DNA from: a virus
Lineage: Duplodnaviria > Caudoviricetes
Direction: 5' to 3' (one strand)
DNA length: 54,330 nt
IMG/VR virus record: IMGVR_UViG_3300044846_004207
Location: 1 to 54,330 of that record
Shown here piece by piece: positions 30,302 to 38,595 of this stretch (position 1 is the first letter of the stretch; each line of letters begins with the position of its first letter). The notes beneath the pieces are model-generated. The model searched no databases and had not been told where the DNA came from. It saw only the letters and a list, made by a program, of their open reading frames with translations. Position numbers and translations under genes: made by a program.

Positions 30302-31387
30302 TTATTTAAATACTTTTTTCATTGTACCATCGTCATAAATTATAACATAAATTTCATTTGACGAAAAATCATTAACTTCTTGTCCCATCATATTAATAAT
30401 TTTTATTATTTTTTTTTGATTTAAGGAATTATCTATTGATACAACATTGAAGTATTCTTTTTCACCATTAAAATCTGTTTGATACAATCTATAATAGTTT
30501 ATTTCACCTCTTTTAAATGTTTTATCAGTGTATGAATAGTTTAATACTTCTTGTGAATTACCAGCACCCCCCATATTTGTTATGGTTTCCCAATAACTAC
30601 CATCAATAGAACGTTCAAGTGTAAAATAATTGTTATCTTTTTCAGATGCGGTAGCCCAATATAATAAATTAATCCCATCATTTTCTGTCCCATCAAAGAA
30701 AATAAGTTCTATTGGTAATGGGATTATTTCAATAAGTTCAATATTATCAATCCACCATTCTTCACCTGAGGCATTTACTCTACATAAAATATCTATGGCA
30801 ACTTGTGATATATTTGTTGGGAGATTAAGTGTGATTGTGGAAGGTCCTGTAGTAGTTACCCCCGCAGGTGCTTGATAAACGTCACCCGTTGGTGCGACTG
30901 AATTAGTAAAACTTCCATTTGCTGTGTGGGTGATTGTTCCTGTTGCGGTATAATCCCATCTTGCGTTATTATTACCTGTGATTCTTAATTCGGAAATATA
31001 ATTAACCCCCCCATTTGTAGAAACTTGAACATCGACAATATCAGCAACATCTACCCCCCTTGTTGTTGCGGTTGAATTTGAAAATGTGTATGAAGCCAAA
31101 CGAAATTTAAGTTGGTATTGTCTGTTTATGTTTAAACCCGTTACATTTGGTAACGAATACCAATCTTGTTCATTACCCGATGTTCCCGAACCTGAACCAT
31201 ATATTACAGCACTAAGTGTTGGTGAAACAGATGCGTTATTAAACCAACCTGCCGTCACCGCTGGTGTCCACCATCCGGCAGATAAGTATACGGATGATGA
31301 AGTTTCCATATTATCAAACTGAATAACTGTTTGACTTATTAGTATATTTGATACTAAAACAAATAACGTAATTAATAAATTTTTCAT
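30302..31387 (-). CDS. Secreted protein with signal peptide, PLPIEL Ig-like domain and T9SS type A-like C-terminal sorting domain
   Basis: MKNLLITLFVLVSNILIS|Q; PLPIELIFF...WATASE...FTLERS-DG...YYRL-QTDFNG; IINMMGQEV...YDDGTMKKVFK. Confidence 0.75.
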   Translation of the reverse strand: MKNLLITLFVLVSNILISQTVIQFDNMETSSSVYLSAGWWTPAVTAGWFNNASVSPTLSAVIYGSGSGTSGNEQDWYSLPNVTGLNINRQYQLKFRLASYTFSNSTATTRGVDVADIVDVQVSTNGGVNYISELRITGNNNARWDYTATGTITHTANGSFTNSVAPTGDVYQAPAGVTTTGPSTITLNLPTNISQVAIDILCRVNASGEEWWIDNIELIEIIPLPIELIFFDGTENDGINLLYWATASEKDNNYFTLERSIDGSYWETITNMGGAGNSQEVLNYSYTDKTFKRGEINYYRLYQTDFNGEKEYFNVVSIDNSLNQKKIIKIINMMGQEVNDFSSNEIYVIIYDDGTMKKVFK

Positions 31388-31486
31388 ATGATTTCTTTTT
31401 AAATAATTATATGAAACATTTTATTTTTTTAAAACAGATTTAATTGATATTTTATCAAATAATAGTTTTACACGAATATAATGGGG

Positions 31487-32176
31487 TTAATTTAAAATTT
31501 TATTTGACTTACGGATGTTCTCATCTCCCCATAATGGCTGGAGGTTTTCTAATGACCAACATTTATTAAACCCCTCGTCACCTATTTCTTTAATATCAAA
31601 TGATGAAATTGGGATGATGTGATCTACGTGCCATTCCCCATAATTATCCCAAGTAATATCTCCTGTAAATTTGTTTTCTAAATGTTCTATTAATTGTTCG
31701 GGAGTATAATTTAGTATCTCAAAATAGTGTCCGTTTTTTTGAATGTTTCTTTCTTTTAATACTTGATAAATTGCAGTTCTGAAATTGTTGATTAACTTGT
31801 ATATTGGATCGTTTGCTTTACGAGTTTTTTCGTAATTTCTTTTGGTTTCTCTAATTTTATCTATATTTTTTTCACGGTATTCTTTCATATATTCTTTACG
31901 GTGTTCTTTATTTTGTTCGTACCATTTATCGTAATTTTTTCTTTTACGTTCTTTAGTTTGTGGTTTTAATTCATATTTTTTCATTGCAATTTTCCTACCA
32001 CCAATATTTCTCCTACCAGAATTACCCATAACAATACCATTGTCTTTTAATATACGAATTATTGTTGGTTTACTTAAACCCGTTTTTATAGATATTGTAT
32101 GGGATCCAAGTAAATCTTCATTGTACCATTTTAATATATCGGTTAATTCTTCTTGTGTAGGAATATATTTCTTCAT
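31487..32176 (-). CDS. HNH endonuclease with N-terminal HTH, probable free-standing homing endonuclease
   Basis: YGEWHVDHIIP...NLQPLW..ENIRKSNK; lies directly downstream of the capsid gene. Confidence 0.8.
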   Translation of the reverse strand: MKKYIPTQEELTDILKWYNEDLLGSHTISIKTGLSKPTIIRILKDNGIVMGNSGRRNIGGRKIAMKKYELKPQTKERKRKNYDKWYEQNKEHRKEYMKEYREKNIDKIRETKRNYEKTRKANDPIYKLINNFRTAIYQVLKERNIQKNGHYFEILNYTPEQLIEHLENKFTGDITWDNYGEWHVDHIIPISSFDIKEIGDEGFNKCWSLENLQPLWGDENIRKSNKILN

Positions 32177-32230
32177 ATAGTATAAATATATTACATTTTA
32201 CCAAAAAATCAATTGTTAACTTTATTGTAT

Positions 32231-32258
32231 AAAAAAAGGGACAATTTCTTGTCCCTTT
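32231..32258 (-). terminator. Intrinsic terminator after major capsid gene
   Basis: aaagggacaa-tttc-ttgtcccttt perfect stem with U-tract on the minus strand. Confidence 0.85.
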
Positions 32259-32281
32259 AAGGTGTTATTTAAGGTTTTTGA

Positions 32282-34096
32282 TTATCTCAATTCTCTTAAA
32301 TCAAATGTACGAACACCATCAACTGTAATTCGGCCGTAGAACCTGTTATTTACCATCTTCTTAGCGTATCTTGTCATAATACCTTTGATTGGTGTAAAGT
32401 TAAATGGATTGTACATTGTAGGTGTCAATTGTAGAGGTACATACGGTGCGTAAACGTACCCAGTATCCAACAATGATGTTCCTTTATGTCCAATTAGGAT
32501 TTGGTTTGGTGGGAAGTATGGGTCACGGTACACTTGGTAACGTCCTGCCAATGTTCCAACTCTTTCAATACCCATATTGTACTGATCTTGCTCAGGAGAT
32601 GCGTTAGATACGTGGAAGTATTCTAAATCATCAAAGATTGCAGAAACTTCAGAAGATACAACAATCCAGTTAGCTCCACCTCTCAATGTAGATTTGTGGA
32701 TTTGTGCTGACAATTGGTTGATTGCTGTAATCAAAGTTTGATTCCAATCTTTTTGAGTGTATGATGTTGTTTGAGAAATTCTTCTCCATCCGTTGTAATC
32801 CCAACGTAGGTTCCATGCTGCTCCTTTTCTCAAGTCACGTAGAATTTCACGGTCGATTTCTGCTGCCACTTGCTCAGAAAGTAAAGCTGTCAATTCAGCT
32901 TCAGCATCGATGTTGTGGAATGCAGAAACGTCTTGTGCTAATTCAGGAGACCATTGAGCTCTTAGTTTTCTTTCAGTTACAGAAACAGTTACTGATTCTA
33001 AATCAAAAGAAACCTCACCAATTTTGTCTTCGAATTCAAGTTCAGCATATCTTCTATACACAACAGTAAATGCCGATCCAGAAGTTACAGCTGAAAGAGT
33101 TGCTCCTGTGTAACCATCTAAAGATGTTGCATTACAGTCAGCACATACAGGACAAGAAAGATCAACTTCTAAAAAGATACAACCATTTTGGTCACAAACA
33201 TCATCATAAGATCCACCATTTCCTGACGCAGGGAACGTAGCTTGTGTTTGAGTATATGTAGGTTGTACAATTCCTTTACCATAAATTTGAGTAACAACTC
33301 TAAACAAAAGTGGTCCAGAACCTACAGAACAAGGGGATGTTGCAGAAACACCTAAACCTGTACTTTTAGCTACTTTCAAGTCAGAAAGGAACGCTTCAGT
33401 ATCAATTTCGTTACCATCAGGTCCGATTAATTTACCTACACCAGCATTTGCAAAACCACATACTTTGATGATTACTTTTCTAACACCTGTTGTTTCATAA
33501 TCAGTTTCGTTTGGTACTAATGTACCGTTACTCCAAGAAACAGTAGTAACTTCAGGAGCAGTAACTGCTGTCCATTGTCCTTTTGAATAATCAAAAAGTC
33601 CTGGTGGATCTAAAGCCGCCTCAGCACCTTCGTAGAATAAATCGTAAAGATTTTTTGCGTAAGCATTTGCATCGTTGTAACCACTATTTGTGTCTGTACT
33701 TGAACCAGGAGCTCCAATTGGTGCAAAGTGAGAACCACCATTAGCAGTTGCTCCGTTATAACCTTGGATTTTAGGTACAAAGTAGAACAATTTACCGATA
33801 GGTAAGTTCATTGCTTGTACAGAAACGATGTCGTTTGCCAACAATTTAGAGAATACACGTCTTACGATAGGGAAAACTACAGTTTCGAAAGAACCTGAGC
33901 TATCAGTTGACGCAGCTTCGTTAATTAGGTGAGATGCTTGGTTTTCATATAATTGTGCCATATTCTCTTTAATGTGACCTTTAAGTCCATCTAGGAATCC
34001 TAATCTATCCCATTTGTTAATTGTATCTTCTTTGATAACTTTAAGGTGCTTAAGACCGATGTTACCAACAAGACCTGATTCTAATAATGCTCCCAT
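32282..34096 (-). CDS. Major capsid protein (T4 gp23-like)
   Basis: VSVQAM, RKLRAQWSPELAQD, EAELTALLSEQVAAEIDREI, YAPYVPL, GIMTRYA. Confidence 0.95.
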   Translation of the reverse strand: MGALLESGLVGNIGLKHLKVIKEDTINKWDRLGFLDGLKGHIKENMAQLYENQASHLINEAASTDSSGSFETVVFPIVRRVFSKLLANDIVSVQAMNLPIGKLFYFVPKIQGYNGATANGGSHFAPIGAPGSSTDTNSGYNDANAYAKNLYDLFYEGAEAALDPPGLFDYSKGQWTAVTAPEVTTVSWSNGTLVPNETDYETTGVRKVIIKVCGFANAGVGKLIGPDGNEIDTEAFLSDLKVAKSTGLGVSATSPCSVGSGPLLFRVVTQIYGKGIVQPTYTQTQATFPASGNGGSYDDVCDQNGCIFLEVDLSCPVCADCNATSLDGYTGATLSAVTSGSAFTVVYRRYAELEFEDKIGEVSFDLESVTVSVTERKLRAQWSPELAQDVSAFHNIDAEAELTALLSEQVAAEIDREILRDLRKGAAWNLRWDYNGWRRISQTTSYTQKDWNQTLITAINQLSAQIHKSTLRGGANWIVVSSEVSAIFDDLEYFHVSNASPEQDQYNMGIERVGTLAGRYQVYRDPYFPPNQILIGHKGTSLLDTGYVYAPYVPLQLTPTMYNPFNFTPIKGIMTRYAKKMVNNRFYGRITVDGVRTFDLRELR

Positions 34097-34129
34097 TTTT
34101 TATTTTTTTAATTTGAGTTTATTTATTGT

Positions 34130-35767
34130 TTATTTTATTTTTCCCATTAAATCCTTCATTCTCAAGAATTGTGGATTTTCATAAGTTTTATTTTCAATTA
34201 GATTAGTAGAGGAACCATTAGAAGGTGTTTGAACAACTCTTCTTTCAATTGATTCTTTAATTGTATTGGTAGAACCTTTACCGTCTAATTCTGTTTTGAT
34301 TGTTTTGTATAAAGATTTTGATTCTTTCAAAGTATCAACTTCGTCAAATCTTCTAAGAATGTTAATCTTTTCTTGTTTAGTTGTTGAATGTTCTGTGAAC
34401 AATCTTGTAGAGTATGCTAAATTGGAATTGAATACAGCAACTTCATTTAATTTGTTTCTGAAGAAATCTAAAGCCTTTTTGTACTCTTCATTTTTTTCTC
34501 TCAACAAATTAACTTCTTGTTGTACAGATTCAGTATGAACTCCATTTTCTCCGTAAACAAGATTTCTGTTTGGTGTAATACCTTTTCTTAAACCTCTACC
34601 TCTTTTGGAACCTTTTCCGTAAGTTCTTGCGGCTTCGTTGTGTTCTGCTTCCATTTCATCAACTTCATCAAGTTCTTTGTCTTCCATTTCGGTAACTCCG
34701 TGTTTAATTTTAGGGTAATTGAATTTAGGTCCTTTTCTTTTGTTTTTGTCACCTAATTTCATTTCATCTTTGAAACCTTTATTGTTTACTTCCATTTTAG
34801 AGAAAGTTTTCATTGGTTTACCGAAACCAAGTCCGATAGCTCTAAATGATTCCATTACAGAATCTAAAACATCTTGATCGATTTCATAAACATTTTCTTC
34901 TTGCTCTTCTTTGTCCATATCCCAACCTTCGAATTCTTCTTCTTCATTGTACATACCTTCGAATTCTTCTTCTTCATTGTACATACCTTCGAATTCTTCT
35001 TCTTCATTGTACATACCTTCGAATTCATCTTCTTCATTGTACATACCTTCGAATTCATCTTCTTCGTTGTACATATCTTCGAATTCATCTTCTTCATTGT
35101 ACATACCTTCGAATTCATCTTCTTCGTTGTACATATCTTCTTCGTCCATATACATTTCTAAATTGTCCGACTCATCAACTTCTAACTCATATATTACATT
35201 TTCTGCCATTTGAGCTTGTTCGTTATCTTCGAAAGTGTCGTCAGCATCACTAATTAGATATTCAGCATCTGTATCGTTATCTTTCAAATGAATATAATCA
35301 TTATCCTTTTTAACAATGATACCGTCTTCATCACCCATCGCTTTGAATACTTTCAAAATTTCTTCAGGAGTTGCAGTTGTCATATCTAATGGTGGCATTT
35401 CGTCACCTTCTTCATTATCACCCATCATCATAGGTTCTTCTAGGTCTAATGTATCGCCTACATTTTCATCGCCTTGCGGCTCATCGAATTTTTCTACTGC
35501 CGAAAAATCAACCTCATCTTCTCCTTCAGGTTCAAAATCCATCTCTGCATCAGCATCAATTTCTTCTTCTCCTTCAGGTTCTTCTGGTGCATCTTGTTCA
35601 CGTAGATTTTTTTTGTAACCACCTAATGATTCTTTTACTAACTCACTGATTTCTTCCTTCATTGTAGAAGCAAGTATTCCTTTTGCGTTTTCATTGATAG
35701 CATCTTCAAGGTTTTTTATTTGTAATAAAGCCTCTTCAACTACCGATTTATTTTCATTTATTCCCAT
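34130..35767 (-). CDS. Prohead core/scaffold protein
   Basis: Highly acidic, coiled-coil C-terminus, lies between protease and capsid genes. Confidence 0.75.
   Translation of the reverse strand: MGINENKSVVEEALLQIKNLEDAINENAKGILASTMKEEISELVKESLGGYKKNLREQDAPEEPEGEEEIDADAEMDFEPEGEDEVDFSAVEKFDEPQGDENVGDTLDLEEPMMMGDNEEGDEMPPLDMTTATPEEILKVFKAMGDEDGIIVKKDNDYIHLKDNDTDAEYLISDADDTFEDNEQAQMAENVIYELEVDESDNLEMYMDEEDMYNEEDEFEGMYNEEDEFEDMYNEEDEFEGMYNEEDEFEGMYNEEEEFEGMYNEEEEFEGMYNEEEEFEGWDMDKEEQEENVYEIDQDVLDSVMESFRAIGLGFGKPMKTFSKMEVNNKGFKDEMKLGDKNKRKGPKFNYPKIKHGVTEMEDKELDEVDEMEAEHNEAARTYGKGSKRGRGLRKGITPNRNLVYGENGVHTESVQQEVNLLREKNEEYKKALDFFRNKLNEVAVFNSNLAYSTRLFTEHSTTKQEKINILRRFDEVDTLKESKSLYKTIKTELDGKGSTNTIKESIERRVVQTPSNGSSTNLIENKTYENPQFLRMKDLMGKIK
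34926..35135. repeat. Seven tandem 30-bp coding repeats (MYNEED/EEFEG) in scaffold gene
   Basis: Unit ccttcgaattc(t/a)tcttcttc(a/g)ttgtacata repeated head-to-tail. Confidence 0.95.
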
Positions 35768-35872
35768 TTTAAATGCAATACGTTATGCGTTTATTTACCA
35801 AATAAATATGTACAATGTTGAAAAAAATCGTTATCGAATGTATTTTATCTGAAAAAAATTAATTTTTGGCAT

Positions 35873-35901
35873 AAAAAAAGGATGAACATTTGTCCATCCT
35901 T
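35873..35901 (-). terminator. Intrinsic terminator after DUF4494-like gene
   Basis: aaggatgaaca-tt-tgtccatcctt stem (one mismatch) with A-tract on the + strand. Confidence 0.65.
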
Positions 35902-35921
35902 ATCAATTTTTAAGTTTTTAG

Positions 35922-36131
35922 TTATTCGATTACCTCGTCAATTTTACTTTCAACAATCGCCGTAATCCTCCAATCCATAGTATAAGATTCATAAGCCTTT
36001 GTTACTTTTGCTTCTACATCTGTTGGTGAATACCCTCTAACTAATTTTTCTTCTTTAATCTTTTTTACCTTCCCTGTGTTTTCGTCTACCATATCTGTGG
36101 TAACTCTTGCTACAAAATATTTTTCATCCAT
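35922..36131 (-). CDS. DUF4494-like small protein
   Basis: YFVARV...GKVKKIKEEKLV...SPTDVEAKV resembles the Bacteroidota DUF4494 N-terminal domain. Confidence 0.6.
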   Translation of the reverse strand: MDEKYFVARVTTDMVDENTGKVKKIKEEKLVRGYSPTDVEAKVTKAYESYTMDWRITAIVESKIDEVIE

Positions 36132-36137
36132 AATTAA

Positions 36138-36842
36138 TTATTTTCCTAAATAATCGGATAATCTTTTCATTAAGTCAACAGAACCTTGTAAAGGATTAGT
36201 CACGTTATTTTCGTGTTCAGTAAGTTTTTCTTCGTATTTAGGTCTATCTTCTTTATTTAAATAAAGATATGCACCAGGAGTAGAAGGGGATGATACTAAG
36301 TCAAAACATATTAGTTCAAAATCTTCTTGCACTTCATTTTGTTCTCCTTTTTTAACAAGTGAACCAACCCCACGAGAAGACACCCCCATAGTAACACCTT
36401 GTCTCATCATATTTGCAGCAATATCCCCTTTGGATGATACAATTCCTCTTTCGTGAAAACCAGGTGTGGTTAATAATTTAATTTTACCCATTAAAACATT
36501 ATCTTCCCACCATACATCAGTAATCAAATGTGCAACTCTATCTAAATCAATTAAAGATGAATCGGGGTGATTTAACTCGGATATAGACATACCCCGATTA
36601 ATCATTTCTTTATATTTTTCAGCTTCTCGTTTTAATATTTTTTCAGGGTAAATTCTTCCATTTCTGTTTGGAACTCCATACTTTTGAAGTGTTGCGTAAA
36701 AAACAAATGGTTTAGAGTAATCTAATTGACCATAAGATTCGTTTATTGTTTTGTTATTTCTAACATCATTTAAACTAATCAAACCTGCGTCATGCTCAAT
36801 TAATATCCCCTTACCAATATCATTGGGTCCTAATATTCTCAT
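36138..36842 (-). CDS. Prohead protease (T4 gp21-like)
   Basis: NRNGRIYP, ELNHP, GVSSRGVGS, FDLVSSPSTPGA. Confidence 0.93.
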   Translation of the reverse strand: MRILGPNDIGKGILIEHDAGLISLNDVRNNKTINESYGQLDYSKPFVFYATLQKYGVPNRNGRIYPEKILKREAEKYKEMINRGMSISELNHPDSSLIDLDRVAHLITDVWWEDNVLMGKIKLLTTPGFHERGIVSSKGDIAANMMRQGVTMGVSSRGVGSLVKKGEQNEVQEDFELICFDLVSSPSTPGAYLYLNKEDRPKYEEKLTEHENNVTNPLQGSVDLMKRLSDYLGK

Positions 36843-36863
36843 AATACTTTTTAAGTATAAATA

Positions 36864-37313
36864 TTATATACCAACGAATTCTTTTGTTTTTGTTTTACTT
36901 AATGTGAAGTATTTGGAGTTTTTTAGTTCATCAATGTAGATTGATTGTGCGATTTTTTTAATTTTACTTCTCAAAATTAAGGATTTAAAATCATAATCGT
37001 TGTTATGAACAAAAAGGGTTATTTCTAAATTTAAAAAACTTTTTTTGTTTTTTTGTATACCACTTGTTCTTAAATCTAAATCAACAATTTGTTTTCTTTC
37101 AAATGTGTTTGTTTCTACTACCTCTAATAAATTATGTAATATCTGTCTTTTAATTTGCCCTGTTATTTTAGTCCAATTTGTGTAATCATCATTTGGTTCA
37201 ATCCAAGTTTGTATTACGATGTATAAAGATTTAAAATCTTTGGAGTCGACTGTCCCGTAATAACATTTAGCATCATCAAAAATGTTTAATTTTGATGTTT
37301 TTCCTTTTTTCAT
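36864..37313 (-). CDS. Hypothetical protein
   Basis: Intact ORF in the head module. Confidence 0.7.
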   Translation of the reverse strand: MKKGKTSKLNIFDDAKCYYGTVDSKDFKSLYIVIQTWIEPNDDYTNWTKITGQIKRQILHNLLEVVETNTFERKQIVDLDLRTSGIQKNKKSFLNLEITLFVHNNDYDFKSLILRSKIKKIAQSIYIDELKNSKYFTLSKTKTKEFVGI

Positions 37314-37421
37314 TTTTCATAACTTAACCGTTTATTATTTTAGTTAAATATAAAAAAATATTTATGATATGTCAAAATTTAAAAAAATCCTTTATATTTA
37401 TACAGGAAACGACAAAAAATT

Positions 37422-37604
37422 ATGATTATAGTAGAAGTTAAGAATTCAAACTCAATTGAAAGTGCACTTAAAACCTATAAATTCAAAGTTTACAAAACAA
37501 AACAGAATGAAATTTTGAGAAATAGGCAAGAGTATGTGAAACCATCGGTAAAAAAAAGATCTGAAAAGAACAAAGCGATTCACATTCAGAAATTAAAAAA
37601 GTAG
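37422..37604 (+). CDS. rpsU: Phage-encoded 30S ribosomal protein bS21
   Basis: IESALKTYK-K, LRNRQEYVKPSVKKR match the bS21 signature; 60 aa, basic. Confidence 0.92.
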   Translation: MIIVEVKNSNSIESALKTYKFKVYKTKQNEILRNRQEYVKPSVKKRSEKNKAIHIQKLKK

Positions 37605-37844
37605 TTACTTACTTTTTTTATCCTTATTACCAAAGATTCTTTCAGTCGAAGTTAATCCCAAAGTACCAAAGGCAAGTAAACCTACAGTTTCAACTAGTAT
37701 ATCTGATGGTGCATAATCACCATGCGAAAAAGAATTCGCTAAAAGTGTTACGTTTAAGAATAATACACAGATTAAACCAGATAATCTTTTTGATGATATA
37801 CTACCTGATTCATCGCTCAATAATTTAATGAAAAAATTTTTCAT
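37605..37844 (-). CDS. Small two-TM membrane protein (holin-like)
   Basis: SSKR followed by two hydrophobic helices and a basic C-terminus. Confidence 0.55.
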   Translation of the reverse strand: MKNFFIKLLSDESGSISSKRLSGLICVLFLNVTLLANSFSHGDYAPSDILVETVGLLAFGTLGLTSTERIFGNKDKKSK

Positions 37845-38575
37845 AGTCCCGCATTTAAATTTTTAAGTTTATATAAATTGTAATGATCATATTTAGATTC
37901 TTGAATTTTTTTAATTGTATTATTTACAGCATTATTTAATTCAACATCCTTTGATTCATTAAGGTTTGATTTAAGTTTTGATATTGCTTCTTTCTTTAAT
38001 AAGTCCATTTCTTTTTTTATTTCAGAAGAAGAAAGAGAAACGATAGAATTTAATTCCTTTTTTTCTTGTTCTGATAAAGTTGCAAAATGGTTATTTAAAG
38101 TAGAATTTGCAATTTTTAACATCGAGGTTAAAGGTACATTAAAATTCGTGGTTGGTTTTTTAACTTCCTTTACACCTTCAGTAAGAGTACTTTTAATTTT
38201 TCTTTTAGACTCAAGTACAGACTCAAGATTTTTGATATTATTATTATAAATCATAACATCAATATCTTTATAATCGTTGTTATTTTTCTTTACAATATTA
38301 TTAATCCAATTATTTGTTTTTGAAATTGTTTCATCATTATTTTCTATCAAAATTTGAGCGTATTCTATTGATTCATTAATATAATCGTCAGCAATATCTG
38401 AAGGTAAATTTTTATTTGTAGATAAATCGTCGTATATATAATATAATTCAGATAAATCTTTATTTTCCAAAACCATTTTTTTGAACTGACTCATAAATGT
38501 TTTGAAATGTGGTTTACCATACATCTCTACAGACGCTTTTTCTATTTTTGATTTAATATTTCCAAAAGTATTCAT
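37841..38575 (-). CDS. Hypothetical head-module protein
   Basis: Helical ORF downstream of portal; late motif at 38588-38594. Confidence 0.65.
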   Translation of the reverse strand: MNTFGNIKSKIEKASVEMYGKPHFKTFMSQFKKMVLENKDLSELYYIYDDLSTNKNLPSDIADDYINESIEYAQILIENNDETISKTNNWINNIVKKNNNDYKDIDVMIYNNNIKNLESVLESKRKIKSTLTEGVKEVKKPTTNFNVPLTSMLKIANSTLNNHFATLSEQEKKELNSIVSLSSSEIKKEMDLLKKEAISKLKSNLNESKDVELNNAVNNTIKKIQESKYDHYNLYKLKNLNAGL

Positions 38576-38595
38576 ACTGTTTTTACAATAAATAT

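Noticed and set aside
34926-35135. 30-bp repeats as a CRISPR array
   Set aside because: Units are head-to-tail with no spacers, in frame within the scaffold ORF, and no cas genes are present.
34846-35253. Overlapping repetitive ORFs in other frames (LRILLLHCTY, FEFFFFIVHT, SNSSSSLYIP)
   Set aside because: Shadows of the coding tandem repeat; no independent start signals.
35771-35792. Hairpin in the scaffold 5' leader as a translational operator
   Set aside because: On the transcribed strand the stem has a C-A mismatch and is weak; not supportable without comparative data.
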